Below are positions 7,858 through 16,178 of a stretch of 39,266 nt of DNA, piece after piece. Numbering within the stretch: the first letter of the stretch is position 1; each line of letters opens with the position of its first letter. Made by a program: the position numbers and the translations under genes. Under the pieces are notes generated by a model. That model saw only the letters and a program-made list of their open reading frames with translations, searched no databases and was not told the DNA's origin. Origin of the DNA: Rickettsiales bacterium (GTDB lineage: Bacteria > Pseudomonadota > Alphaproteobacteria > Methylaequorales > Methylaequoraceae); NCBI GenBank assembly GCA_002715305.1, contig PAYV01000007.1, forward strand, positions 1-39,266. The letters are read 5' to 3'.

Positions 7858-9303
7858 TCAATATTTTATAATTTTTTTGAAAGAAATATTTTTCATTATA
7901 TTCCTCTCATCCCTGGTAGAAAATAAATACGATATGAATAAAAATGAAACAGAAAAAATTAGAGATAGCAAAATCACTTCTTTAATAGCGAAGATTTGAT
8001 GCAATTTTATAAGAAAAATAGAAAGGATTAAAAGTAACAATTTCAAAAAAATAATTCTTTTAATTTTCCAAATAGCTTTCCAATATTTTTCAGCTAATAT
8101 GAGGTCAATAACTATTTTTATAAAAAAACTTACCGCAATAGATGATGCTATACCAAGAATACCGAAGTATTTACAAAGTATGTGCAATGAAATTATTGAA
8201 GTGATTATGTAAGCTGTGAATCCGAATAGTATCAATTCAGGTTTTTTGGAGATATATATTCCAATCTCAAGCATCCACCCTAGAAATTGTAAAGAATAAC
8301 CATAGCAAATAGGAAGAATTAAGAAAATACATGCTATGTATTTCTCTGAAGAGAGAAAAGAAACAATATTTTTAGAAAAACCAATTATTAAAATAATTAA
8401 AAATGAGATTGTCGTTGCAAATAAAAATAATATTAAATTAAAAATTTTTTCAGAGTCTTTTTCTTGATACTTTTTAAGCGCGAAAGGTCCCCAAGCTGAT
8501 TGAAAAGCTTGAGCAAGTACCCCAATGCATAATGAAATCTTAATTGCTACTGCAAACAAACCTAATTCATAATCACCAATAAATTCTTTTACAAAAAATC
8601 TTTCTAAAATTGGAACAAAAATTGAAATAACACAAACAATCCCGCATGGAATAGCATATTTCAAAAGTTTTTTAATCAGTATTTTATCAATCTTAAAATA
8701 AAAAAAATTTATTAATAGAAAAAATGAAATTATCGTAATAAAAAATTGGCCATATAATAAAAAATTGAAAAATGTAATTATATTTTTGTTCGTAGTTACT
8801 ACTAGATAGGTGCAAACCACAATAAGAAAAAAATTTAATATTGAAATAATCAAAAATTTAGTTTTTGAAAAAGTCCATCTAAATATATTTTCAGAAAAAG
8901 AAATAAATAAGATAAATGGAATTTGTAAAGTTATAATTAAAAATAATTCATTTGTATAAAAAAAATTTTCTAAATAGTCCCTTAGATATATTAATAAAAT
9001 TAAAACTATTACTAAAAAAATTATATGTATAAGAAAGGAGTTTGTTACTACAATTTTTTGTTTGTCTTTTGTTTTTTGTTCTTGAATATACCTTCCAACT
9101 GCAGAATCTTGACCAAATGTTGTAAATACGATTATAAGACTTATTAAACTTAGTAAAAAATCTAATCTTCCATAATCTTCTACACTAAAATAACGAGCTA
9201 GAAAAGGAAAGGTAATAAGAACAGATAATTTATTTAAACCTGTCATGAATCCATAAAATATAAGATCTTTTAAAAAAAGGAAAAAATTTTGATTCTTTTT
9301 CAA
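7858..9303 (-). CDS. wzx: Wzx-type oligosaccharide flippase (MOP superfamily polysaccharide biosynthesis protein)
   Basis: 481 aa and almost entirely hydrophobic, with about 12-14 predicted helices. The N-terminal pattern LNKLSVLITFPFLARYFSVEDYGRLDFLLSL is typical of Wzx/RfbX proteins. It sits inside a glycan cluster. Confidence 0.7.
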   Translation of the reverse strand: MKKNQNFFLFLKDLIFYGFMTGLNKLSVLITFPFLARYFSVEDYGRLDFLLSLISLIIVFTTFGQDSAVGRYIQEQKTKDKQKIVVTNSFLIHIIFLVIVLILLIYLRDYLENFFYTNELFLIITLQIPFILFISFSENIFRWTFSKTKFLIISILNFFLIVVCTYLVVTTNKNIITFFNFLLYGQFFITIISFFLLINFFYFKIDKILIKKLLKYAIPCGIVCVISIFVPILERFFVKEFIGDYELGLFAVAIKISLCIGVLAQAFQSAWGPFALKKYQEKDSEKIFNLILFLFATTISFLIILIIGFSKNIVSFLSSEKYIACIFLILPICYGYSLQFLGWMLEIGIYISKKPELILFGFTAYIITSIISLHILCKYFGILGIASSIAVSFFIKIVIDLILAEKYWKAIWKIKRIIFLKLLLLILSIFLIKLHQIFAIKEVILLSLIFSVSFLFISYLFSTRDERNIMKNISFKKIIKY

Positions 9304-10118
9304 GATATACTCTCATATAATTCAGTGTAATTCTGAATCATTTTATTAAAGTCATATTTTTTTGAATCTTTTAATGCCTGCGCCCCCAATTTTTTAATAA
9401 TTTTTTTATTAATGATTAAATATTTCATAATATTGAAAAGCTTATGATGGTCATTTTTATCAATCAAAAAACCATTCTTATTATTTATTACATCCAGGTT
9501 GCCTCCAACACGTGTTGCAATCACTGGTATACCAAAACTAAGAAATTCCAAGATACTATTGGAAAAACCTTCTTCGTCAGATGATGATATTCCAATATCA
9601 CTAATTTTATAAAAATCCTCTATATTTAAGGATTGTTTAAAAAAATGAATGTGATTTTTAAGATTATATTCTTCTATCAAAATTCTCAGAGAACGTTCAT
9701 AAACTATATCACCACTTCCAACAAAGATAATTTTAAAGTTTTTATATTCTTTCAAAAGCAAATGTGCTGCCTTAATAACCATTTTATGATTTTTATATGG
9801 AATCAAATTGGCTATAACAGAGAAAATAATACTTTTTGAATTAGAATATTTGTTGAGGATACTAAAATCTGTAGACTTACTAAGTCGAGTTTTATTGTTT
9901 TTAAGCACTCCATTATATATGAGCTTGAGTTTATGTTTCATTACACCTTCTTTTTCAAGTTGACTAATTACTGCTTTTGAATTTCCTAAAGCATATTTAA
10001 CTTTAGAATGTAAAAATTTTTCAATTCTAGAAATTGGTATAAATTTGTATTTTTTTTGATAATTATTTAAAGATCTTCTACTCATTAATACATTTTTTTT
10101 TTTTAAGTATCCAACCAA
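9300..10118 (-). CDS. glycosyltransferase GT4, C-terminal half only (frame-shifted continuation of 10078-11610)
   Basis: Contains SSDEEGFSNSILEFLSFGIPVIATRVGGNLDVI (GT4 E-x7-E region) but lacks the N-terminal Rossmann half. The first ATG is at 10085 and the track start at 10118 is TTG. It overlaps the upstream ORF across an A12 run. Confidence 0.7.
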   Translation of the reverse strand: MVGYLKKKNVLMSRRSLNNYQKKYKFIPISRIEKFLHSKVKYALGNSKAVISQLEKEGVMKHKLKLIYNGVLKNNKTRLSKSTDFSILNKYSNSKSIIFSVIANLIPYKNHKMVIKAAHLLLKEYKNFKIIFVGSGDIVYERSLRILIEEYNLKNHIHFFKQSLNIEDFYKISDIGISSSDEEGFSNSILEFLSFGIPVIATRVGGNLDVINNKNGFLIDKNDHHKLFNIMKYLIINKKIIKKLGAQALKDSKKYDFNKMIQNYTELYESIS

Positions 10119-11610
10119 TTAATCCACCAAATATATATGATTGAGGTAAAAAACAATGAATAATCTGAGGTTTAAATAAATTCAAGTAATAAAGTACTTT
10201 AAAAAAATTTATGAAGTGATCAATTTTTTTAAAAATTGGTTTTTTTGGCTTAATAACTCTAACAAACGGATTTAGTTCTTTGAAAAGATTTCCTTCTTCA
10301 TTTAAAAGAAATAAATCAATATTGAAAATATTTCTGTCAAGATTATTAATTAAACTAATTAGATGTCTTTCTGTACCGCCAAGATTCAAAGAACCAATAA
10401 TAAATGAAATTCGTATTTTTTTATTTTTATTTTGATACTGTATTTCATTTTTTAATTTTGATATATATTTTTTTTTAAACTGAAAATACCATTTTCTATT
10501 TTGACTTCCTTTTTTTACTTCAATACTTTTATCAAACTTTAATAGATAATTTGCAATTTCACTGGGATTATTTATGTTTATAAAATTAGGAAGTGTTATC
10601 TTCTTTTCTAAATATCTGTCTTTAATACTAAGTTGATGAAAAAAATTTTTTCCTCTATTTATGAATTCCCAACCGCAGGAACCCCAGAACATATTTGCAA
10701 ATTCTGAGGAACCTATATCACAAACATCAATAAGATTATAAATTTCTGTTCTTTTAAGTTTAGGTATCCATAAAAAATGCTTTTCTAATCCATATTTTGA
10801 AATTAGTTTTTTAGTATCTTCAACATCTGGACCATACTCAGTAAGAATTACATAGATATTTTTTTTGTATGAAAGGGAGTAATATTGCTTAACTCCTTCA
10901 ACCAACCAATTGTTTCTTTTACCAAATCCATCCATATAATTTTTATATGGTAAATTTTTCCAAAAGTGAGCTACATGAGAAAATATTTTTATTGAGCTTT
11001 TTGGAAGTTTTCCAATTTTATGCATCCACAATTCATTAGTCTTATAAAGTTTTTCTTCAAATAGGGGAAAAATTGGGATTATATTTGGTAGAATTCCCAT
11101 TTTTTTAAATGTATTCAATGAAAAATCATGAAGATTAAATGTTGTTATACTATTGCAATTATCCAATGAACTATACTGAAGAAAGGAACAAATTTTAAAC
11201 CATAATATCTTCGGAAAATTTAACATTTTTCTTGAAAATATTATTTCTTTCAAATTATCAGTATTTTCGTTTATATGCTCAATACCTTCCCCATAAGGCA
11301 TAAAAATGTTTAATTTTCTGTGAATTTTTTTTAAAATATAAGGTGATATCCCGTTTCCAATTAAAAAATCAAAAGTTTTTAATTTATCTATTAAGAATTC
11401 CTTATTAAAAAATAGAATATCAGGTTTACCATTGGAAACTCCTAAATTATGAATAAATTTTTTCCATTTAGAAAGATCATGGGAATCTTCTTCTGGAAAA
11501 AAAAATTCATTGTTGAATAAAAATAAATGGGCATCATAACCTTCATTTCTAAGTATTCTCATAAGAGAAAAGTTATTATTATTCATATTTCCTAAAAGTC
11601 CAATTTTCAT
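10078..11610 (-). CDS. two-part protein: ~400-aa uncharacterised GT-B-like domain plus the N-terminal half of a GT4 glycosyltransferase, truncated by a frameshift
   Basis: The last ~110 aa (IRISFIIGSLNLGGTERHLISLINNL...IIHCFLPQSYIFGGLIGWILKKKK) form a GT4 N-terminal domain that stops just after an A12 run. Residues 1-400 (MKIGLLGN..., IYVILTEYGPDVEDTKKLISKYGLEKHFLWIPKLKRTEIYNLIDVCDIGSSEF) look like a second, divergent GT-B unit. Confidence 0.65.
   Translation of the reverse strand: MKIGLLGNMNNNNFSLMRILRNEGYDAHLFLFNNEFFFPEEDSHDLSKWKKFIHNLGVSNGKPDILFFNKEFLIDKLKTFDFLIGNGISPYILKKIHRKLNIFMPYGEGIEHINENTDNLKEIIFSRKMLNFPKILWFKICSFLQYSSLDNCNSITTFNLHDFSLNTFKKMGILPNIIPIFPLFEEKLYKTNELWMHKIGKLPKSSIKIFSHVAHFWKNLPYKNYMDGFGKRNNWLVEGVKQYYSLSYKKNIYVILTEYGPDVEDTKKLISKYGLEKHFLWIPKLKRTEIYNLIDVCDIGSSEFANMFWGSCGWEFINRGKNFFHQLSIKDRYLEKKITLPNFININNPSEIANYLLKFDKSIEVKKGSQNRKWYFQFKKKYISKLKNEIQYQNKNKKIRISFIIGSLNLGGTERHLISLINNLDRNIFNIDLFLLNEEGNLFKELNPFVRVIKPKKPIFKKIDHFINFFKVLYYLNLFKPQIIHCFLPQSYIFGGLIGWILKKKKCINE
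10093..10104 (-). repeat. A12 homopolymer (coding strand) at the frame break between the two GT4 halves
   Basis: Confirmed by ORF arithmetic: the four Lys codons AAA of ...GWILKKKKCINE* occupy 10093-10104. Removing one A gives ...GWILKKKNVLMSRRSLNNYQKK..., which reads straight into ORF 9300-10118. Confidence 0.9.
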
Positions 11611-12362
11611 TTATTTAAAACCTCAACAATTTTTCTTGTATCTATAAAATTTACTAAAACACCCATATTTTTTTTTTGGTAAACAACCATACTACCAAGA
11701 CCTACGGCTGACACTCCACATTTTAGAATTTTTTTAATATGTTTTAAATTTCCTGCACCACCATGAGCAATAACTGGAATATTTATCGCCCTTACAATTT
11801 GCTCTATAAATTCATAGTCAAATCCATTCCAAGTTCCTTCATGATCTATTGATGTTAAAATAATTTCACCAACACCATCATATTCTAATTGTTTAACCCA
11901 ATTTAGGATTTCATATTTTTGTTTATTCCTACCAGAATTTGAAAATATTATTTTTTTGCCGTTTATATATCTATAATCAATAGAAGCAACAATCGCTTGA
12001 CTTCCGAATTCATTTGACAAATTCTTCATAAAATTTTTATCAATGTAACTGTGTGTGTTCACAACTATTTTTTCAACACCAAGTCTAAAAAGTGACTCTG
12101 CATCCTTGATTCTACAAATCCCACCTCCATATGCTAATGGCATGAAACATTCCGAGGCTAACTCTGATATTAAGTTGAGATTAATTTTTTTTTGGTTGGT
12201 TGCATCTACATCAAGTAAAATCATCTCATCAACTTCGAGTTCATTGAATATTCGAGCAGTATTACATGGATCACCTATATAATTAAACTTATCAAAGTTT
12301 ATTGTTTTTATTAAACTTCCATTTTTAATCAGTAAAACTGGAATCATTCTTGGTTGTATCAT
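11607..12362 (-). CDS. hisF: HisF-like cyclase subunit (WbuZ / HisF2-type, acetamidino-sugar module)
   Basis: 251 aa. MIPVLLIKNGSLIKTINFDKFNYIGDPCNTARIFNELEVDEMILLDVDAT and GAGNLKHI match the imidazole glycerol phosphate synthase HisF fold. Its location in a glycan cluster next to hisH-like and wbuX-like genes marks it as the paralogue, not histidine biosynthesis. Confidence 0.8.
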   Translation of the reverse strand: MIQPRMIPVLLIKNGSLIKTINFDKFNYIGDPCNTARIFNELEVDEMILLDVDATNQKKINLNLISELASECFMPLAYGGGICRIKDAESLFRLGVEKIVVNTHSYIDKNFMKNLSNEFGSQAIVASIDYRYINGKKIIFSNSGRNKQKYEILNWVKQLEYDGVGEIILTSIDHEGTWNGFDYEFIEQIVRAINIPVIAHGGAGNLKHIKKILKCGVSAVGLGSMVVYQKKNMGVLVNFIDTRKIVEVLNK

Positions 12363-12964
12363 TATATTTCACAAAAGTTTTTTAATATTTTCATACCATG
12401 CTTATGACTCTTCTCTGGATGAAATTGAACTCCATAAAAATTTTTAAATGCAAAAGATGAAGTGAAGTCTTCACCATAATGTGTTTCTAAAATTTCATAT
12501 TTTTTGTTCTTTAGTTTAACAACGTATGAATGAATAAAATAAAATTTGGTTTTTTTGGTGAGATTGGAATTTAATTTTACTTTATTTTTTATTTTTACAT
12601 TATTCCAACCCATGTGAGGAAGTATCAAATTAGAACTTTTAATTTTTTTCACTTCTCCATCAACCCATCCAAGTCCAGGTAGTTGACCTTCTTCGCTTTT
12701 TTTAAAAAGAATTTGCATTCCCAAGCATATTCCTAAAATTGGACTTTTTTCTTTCAAAACTTTATGTTCTAAGATGGAAAAAAAAGATGATTCTTTTACT
12801 TTTTGCATGGCATTATCAAATGAACCAACCCCTGGTAAAATAAACTTATTAGATTTGTTTAAATCATTTTCATGGCGACAAATAATATTTTTTATACCCA
12901 TTCTTTTGTACATATTGCTTATTGATGCAATATTTCCTAATCCAAAGTCAAGTATTCCAATCAT
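12362..12964 (-). CDS. hisH: HisH-like glutamine amidotransferase subunit (WbuY-type)
   Basis: 200 aa. Class I GATase triad context: ILPGVGSFDNAM, GICLGMQILF (nucleophile Cys), GVQFHPEKSHKHG (His/Glu). 1-nt TAATG overlap with the hisF-like gene. Confidence 0.8.
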   Translation of the reverse strand: MIGILDFGLGNIASISNMYKRMGIKNIICRHENDLNKSNKFILPGVGSFDNAMQKVKESSFFSILEHKVLKEKSPILGICLGMQILFKKSEEGQLPGLGWVDGEVKKIKSSNLILPHMGWNNVKIKNKVKLNSNLTKKTKFYFIHSYVVKLKNKKYEILETHYGEDFTSSFAFKNFYGVQFHPEKSHKHGMKILKNFCEI

Positions 12965-14133
12965 TTACAATATTTTAAATAAAAGCTATAAGGTACAAGG
13001 TTTCTTTTTGATAAAAATAAGAATAATAATCTCATTCTTTCAAAAATTTTTTTATAGGTTTTATAGTCCTTCCAGCATTTAGGACGAGCATTCATTATTG
13101 AATTGTATTCATTATTTTTTATACTGAGTCTTTTTTGAAAATACTCAATTAACTCAGTGGTATCAGTTATTTTTTTATTATAGGTTTTCCAGGCTTGTGT
13201 TCTTGACATCTTTTTGCTTCTCACCTGGGCTGACAATGTATTATTCCTTAGATCAACGTTAAACTTCTGGGGGTTATAAACTTTATGGTAAAACGAAGTC
13301 ATAATATTTTCAAGATGATGTCCACCATAATACTTCCATTTGAAGTTTTTCTTCAAAAATTTCTGTGCTTCTTCTTTTGAATATTCAATATACCAAAAAG
13401 GTCTTATTTTTTTTATTTTTTTAAAACATGTCCAATATAAAAACCTTGATAATGTCATTAGTGGGTAAGTTTGCATTTTCATTGTACCAAATTGTTTGTG
13501 TATATCTTTTATATACATTCCATCAAAATAGTTTTTATTTAATGGCGTAATACCTTCTTCAACAAATGAATGACCTTCTAGTATGTATGAAATATTATAT
13601 TTATTAGCTGCTCTATACATAACTTCTGCAAGCGCTAGGTCAGTTGAAGCTTCTATTTCTGGAACTCCAGCTTTAAAAAATGATCTAAAAATATCATCCA
13701 TTTCTTTGTTATTTACCACATAAGTATAAAGATCAATATCAAGAATCTTGAGTACTTTTGCTATATTCATAGTCGCTATTGATGAATTAAACGTATTATC
13801 AAAATGGACGGCTAGTGGACGCAATTTCCATTTTTTTTTCGCAAGATATAATAAATATGATGAGTCAGTTCCTCCACTTACACCTATAATACAGTCATAT
13901 TTCTTTTTCTGTCCAGCCCGTTTAATATCAATAAGAATATTACTTAATTTTTCTTTTCCAAGCTCCTTACCAGTACCATAATTACTCTTGAGCTCCAATA
14001 TTTGATTGCAGTAATTACAAACTCCATTTTTATCAAAAAAAATTCCAGGTACATCTAAATCATATATACAATTTGTACATACTTGAATTTCCTTACCTCT
14101 TTTTTTTAGTAACTTTTTATTTGAATCTTTCAT
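12961..14133 (-). CDS. N-acetyl sugar amidotransferase (WbuX/WbpG/PseA family, PP-loop ATPase)
   Basis: 390 aa. N-terminal Cys-rich motif CTNCIYDLDVPGIFFDKNGVCNYCNQ and PP-loop CIIGVSGGTDSSYLLYL, as in the LPS-cluster amidotransferases that make acetamidino groups. Confidence 0.75.
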   Translation of the reverse strand: MKDSNKKLLKKRGKEIQVCTNCIYDLDVPGIFFDKNGVCNYCNQILELKSNYGTGKELGKEKLSNILIDIKRAGQKKKYDCIIGVSGGTDSSYLLYLAKKKWKLRPLAVHFDNTFNSSIATMNIAKVLKILDIDLYTYVVNNKEMDDIFRSFFKAGVPEIEASTDLALAEVMYRAANKYNISYILEGHSFVEEGITPLNKNYFDGMYIKDIHKQFGTMKMQTYPLMTLSRFLYWTCFKKIKKIRPFWYIEYSKEEAQKFLKKNFKWKYYGGHHLENIMTSFYHKVYNPQKFNVDLRNNTLSAQVRSKKMSRTQAWKTYNKKITDTTELIEYFQKRLSIKNNEYNSIMNARPKCWKDYKTYKKIFERMRLLFLFLSKRNLVPYSFYLKYCK

Positions 14134-15049
14134 GATTACACTTTAACAATTCTTCTATTAATTGTTTTCCACCTATATTTTCTGCATCTAAAATTTCTAA
14201 TAAAAAATCATTACATTTTACATAAATTTTTTTTTGCAAAACAAATATTTGTCCTGGTTTTCCAAAAACTAGGGGTTTATAAGCAATTTTGGACTTGAAG
14301 ATTATTACTTGCTTTTTATTAAGAAATGTAAATGCTCCAGAATATGGTCTGGAAGATGCTCTTATTAAATTATATATTTTATGAGCTTTAAAATTCCAAT
14401 CGATTATTGAATCATCTGGTATTCTATTGAGTCCATATGACTCTTTTTTTTTTCCTGAAGAAGTTTTTTTATTCCCTTCTAAAATTTGTTTTAAATTTTT
14501 ATCTAATAAATCTAATGTCGCGACTTTGCATTTTTCAATCAAGTCAGAAATATAATCAGTTTTTTTAATTATAAATTCTTTTCTTGCATATATTTTTCCT
14601 GCATCAATATTTTTAGATATTTCAAAAAGGGATACTCCTGTTTTTTTTAATTCATTTATAATTGCCCAGTTCAATGGTGCATGCCCTTTTAGTTGAGGCA
14701 ATAAAGAGGAATGAATTCCAAGGCAAATCCTTATGTTATTTAATATTTTAGGTGGTATATTGTGAAACCAGCCCGCTGCAAGTATTACTTCTGTTTTAGA
14801 CGTGTTTAAGAAACTATTCAAATTGTTAGTATTATTCTTATAAAAGAAAGTGGGGATATTATGCTTGTCTGCTATTGATGAAAGATTTGTAAATCTAACA
14901 TTTTTTAATTTCTTTTTACTATAGCTAATAGAAATTTTTTCTTTAATGGTAACCACGCCATTCAAATTATACCCTTTTTTTAATAAATAATTGAAAATAT
15001 GCAAAGTTAAGTCAGTTGAACCAAATAAAGTGATTTTATTTTTTTTCAT
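14117..15049 (-). CDS. formyltransferase, Fmt/ArnA-N-terminal-like (probable sugar N-formyltransferase)
   Basis: 310 aa. N10-formyl-THF site pattern ILAAGWFHNIPPKIL...GIHSSLLPQLKGHAPLNWAI...DAGKI, plus an Fmt-like C-terminal domain (IDWNFKAHKIYNLIRASSRPYSGAFT). Confidence 0.7.
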   Translation of the reverse strand: MKKNKITLFGSTDLTLHIFNYLLKKGYNLNGVVTIKEKISISYSKKKLKNVRFTNLSSIADKHNIPTFFYKNNTNNLNSFLNTSKTEVILAAGWFHNIPPKILNNIRICLGIHSSLLPQLKGHAPLNWAIINELKKTGVSLFEISKNIDAGKIYARKEFIIKKTDYISDLIEKCKVATLDLLDKNLKQILEGNKKTSSGKKKESYGLNRIPDDSIIDWNFKAHKIYNLIRASSRPYSGAFTFLNKKQVIIFKSKIAYKPLVFGKPGQIFVLQKKIYVKCNDFLLEILDAENIGGKQLIEELLKCNHERFK

Positions 15050-16151
15050 TTTTTTTTAAACTTAAAAATTTATTAAATATTTCTAGAACATAACTTTGTT
15101 CATTACTTGTCATTTGATAATAAAGAGGTAAGGCTAATGTGTGTTGAGCAAGGAAGACACTGTTATTTAAATTTCTACAAACTTTTACATTTTTATTTTT
15201 TTTGAATGCATTATGCTGATTTAAAGCATAATAACCAATTTGAGCCTCTATTCCCTTAGATCTTAAATACTTCATAGCTTGATCTCTATTATTAAGTGTA
15301 ATACAAAAAGTTTGATAAGAATGTTTTGAATTTTTAGTTACTTCTTGTATTTGTATATTCTCGTGTTTAGACAATTCATTTTTATAATTTTGTACAATAT
15401 TATGTTTTTTTTTCAAAATTTTATCAAAAATTTTTATTTGATTGATTCCAAATAACGCATTTATATTAGACATTTTAAGATTAGTTCCTGAAATTTTAAA
15501 TATAGATTTACCCTCTTTTTTTAACCCAAAGTTTTTAAACATTCGCAACCACTCAATTTTTTTTGTATGATTGGATGCAACTACCCCTCCTTCTCCAGTA
15601 GTAATTGATTTCCTGGGATGAAAGCTAAAGATTGTATAATCTGCTATATTTCCAATTTTTTTTTTTTTGTAAGTTGTTCCTAAAGCAGCTGCAGCGTCCT
15701 CAATAATTACAAATCCATACTTTTTCTTAAGCTTAAGAAGTTTATCGTAGTTTAATGAATTACCAAAAACAGAAACAGGAATAACAACTTTTGTTTTTGT
15801 CGATATGTTTTTAGACAGTTCATCAAAACATAAATTATAATCGTATTTATTAACATCAATTAATTTTATTTTATGATTATAAAGTATTGCAGGAGATATC
15901 GTAGCAGGGTAAGAAAAATTTGGAGCTATAATTTCGTCATTTTTTTTTAAATTTAAACTTTTAATTACAGCTTCTAATGCTGTAGTAGCAGATGTAAAAG
16001 CAATACAATCTTTACAACCAATATATTCTTCAAGAAGTCGTTCAAATTTTTTTGTGTAATTTCCTTCAGTTAAGAATCCTGTTTGTATTAGGTTTCTGAT
16101 TTCTTGATATATACTTTTTGTTATGTATGGTCTAGCTAATGGAATTTTCAT
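15036..16151 (-). CDS. DegT/DnrJ/EryC1/StrS family PLP-dependent sugar aminotransferase
   Basis: 371 aa. LEEYIGCKDCIAFTSATTALE, IEDAAAALG, and the PLP-lysine context FSFHPRKSITTGEGGVV. Confidence 0.8.
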   Translation of the reverse strand: MKIPLARPYITKSIYQEIRNLIQTGFLTEGNYTKKFERLLEEYIGCKDCIAFTSATTALEAVIKSLNLKKNDEIIAPNFSYPATISPAILYNHKIKLIDVNKYDYNLCFDELSKNISTKTKVVIPVSVFGNSLNYDKLLKLKKKYGFVIIEDAAAALGTTYKKKKIGNIADYTIFSFHPRKSITTGEGGVVASNHTKKIEWLRMFKNFGLKKEGKSIFKISGTNLKMSNINALFGINQIKIFDKILKKKHNIVQNYKNELSKHENIQIQEVTKNSKHSYQTFCITLNNRDQAMKYLRSKGIEAQIGYYALNQHNAFKKNKNVKVCRNLNNSVFLAQHTLALPLYYQMTSNEQSYVLEIFNKFLSLKKNEKK

Positions 16152-16178
16152 AAAAGCTTTTTGTTTTAAAATGCGTAT

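Noticed and set aside
12774-13082. 102-aa plus-strand ORF spanning the hisH-like/wbuX-like junction
   Set aside because: It is antisense to two well-supported overlapping genes, so it is a shadow ORF.
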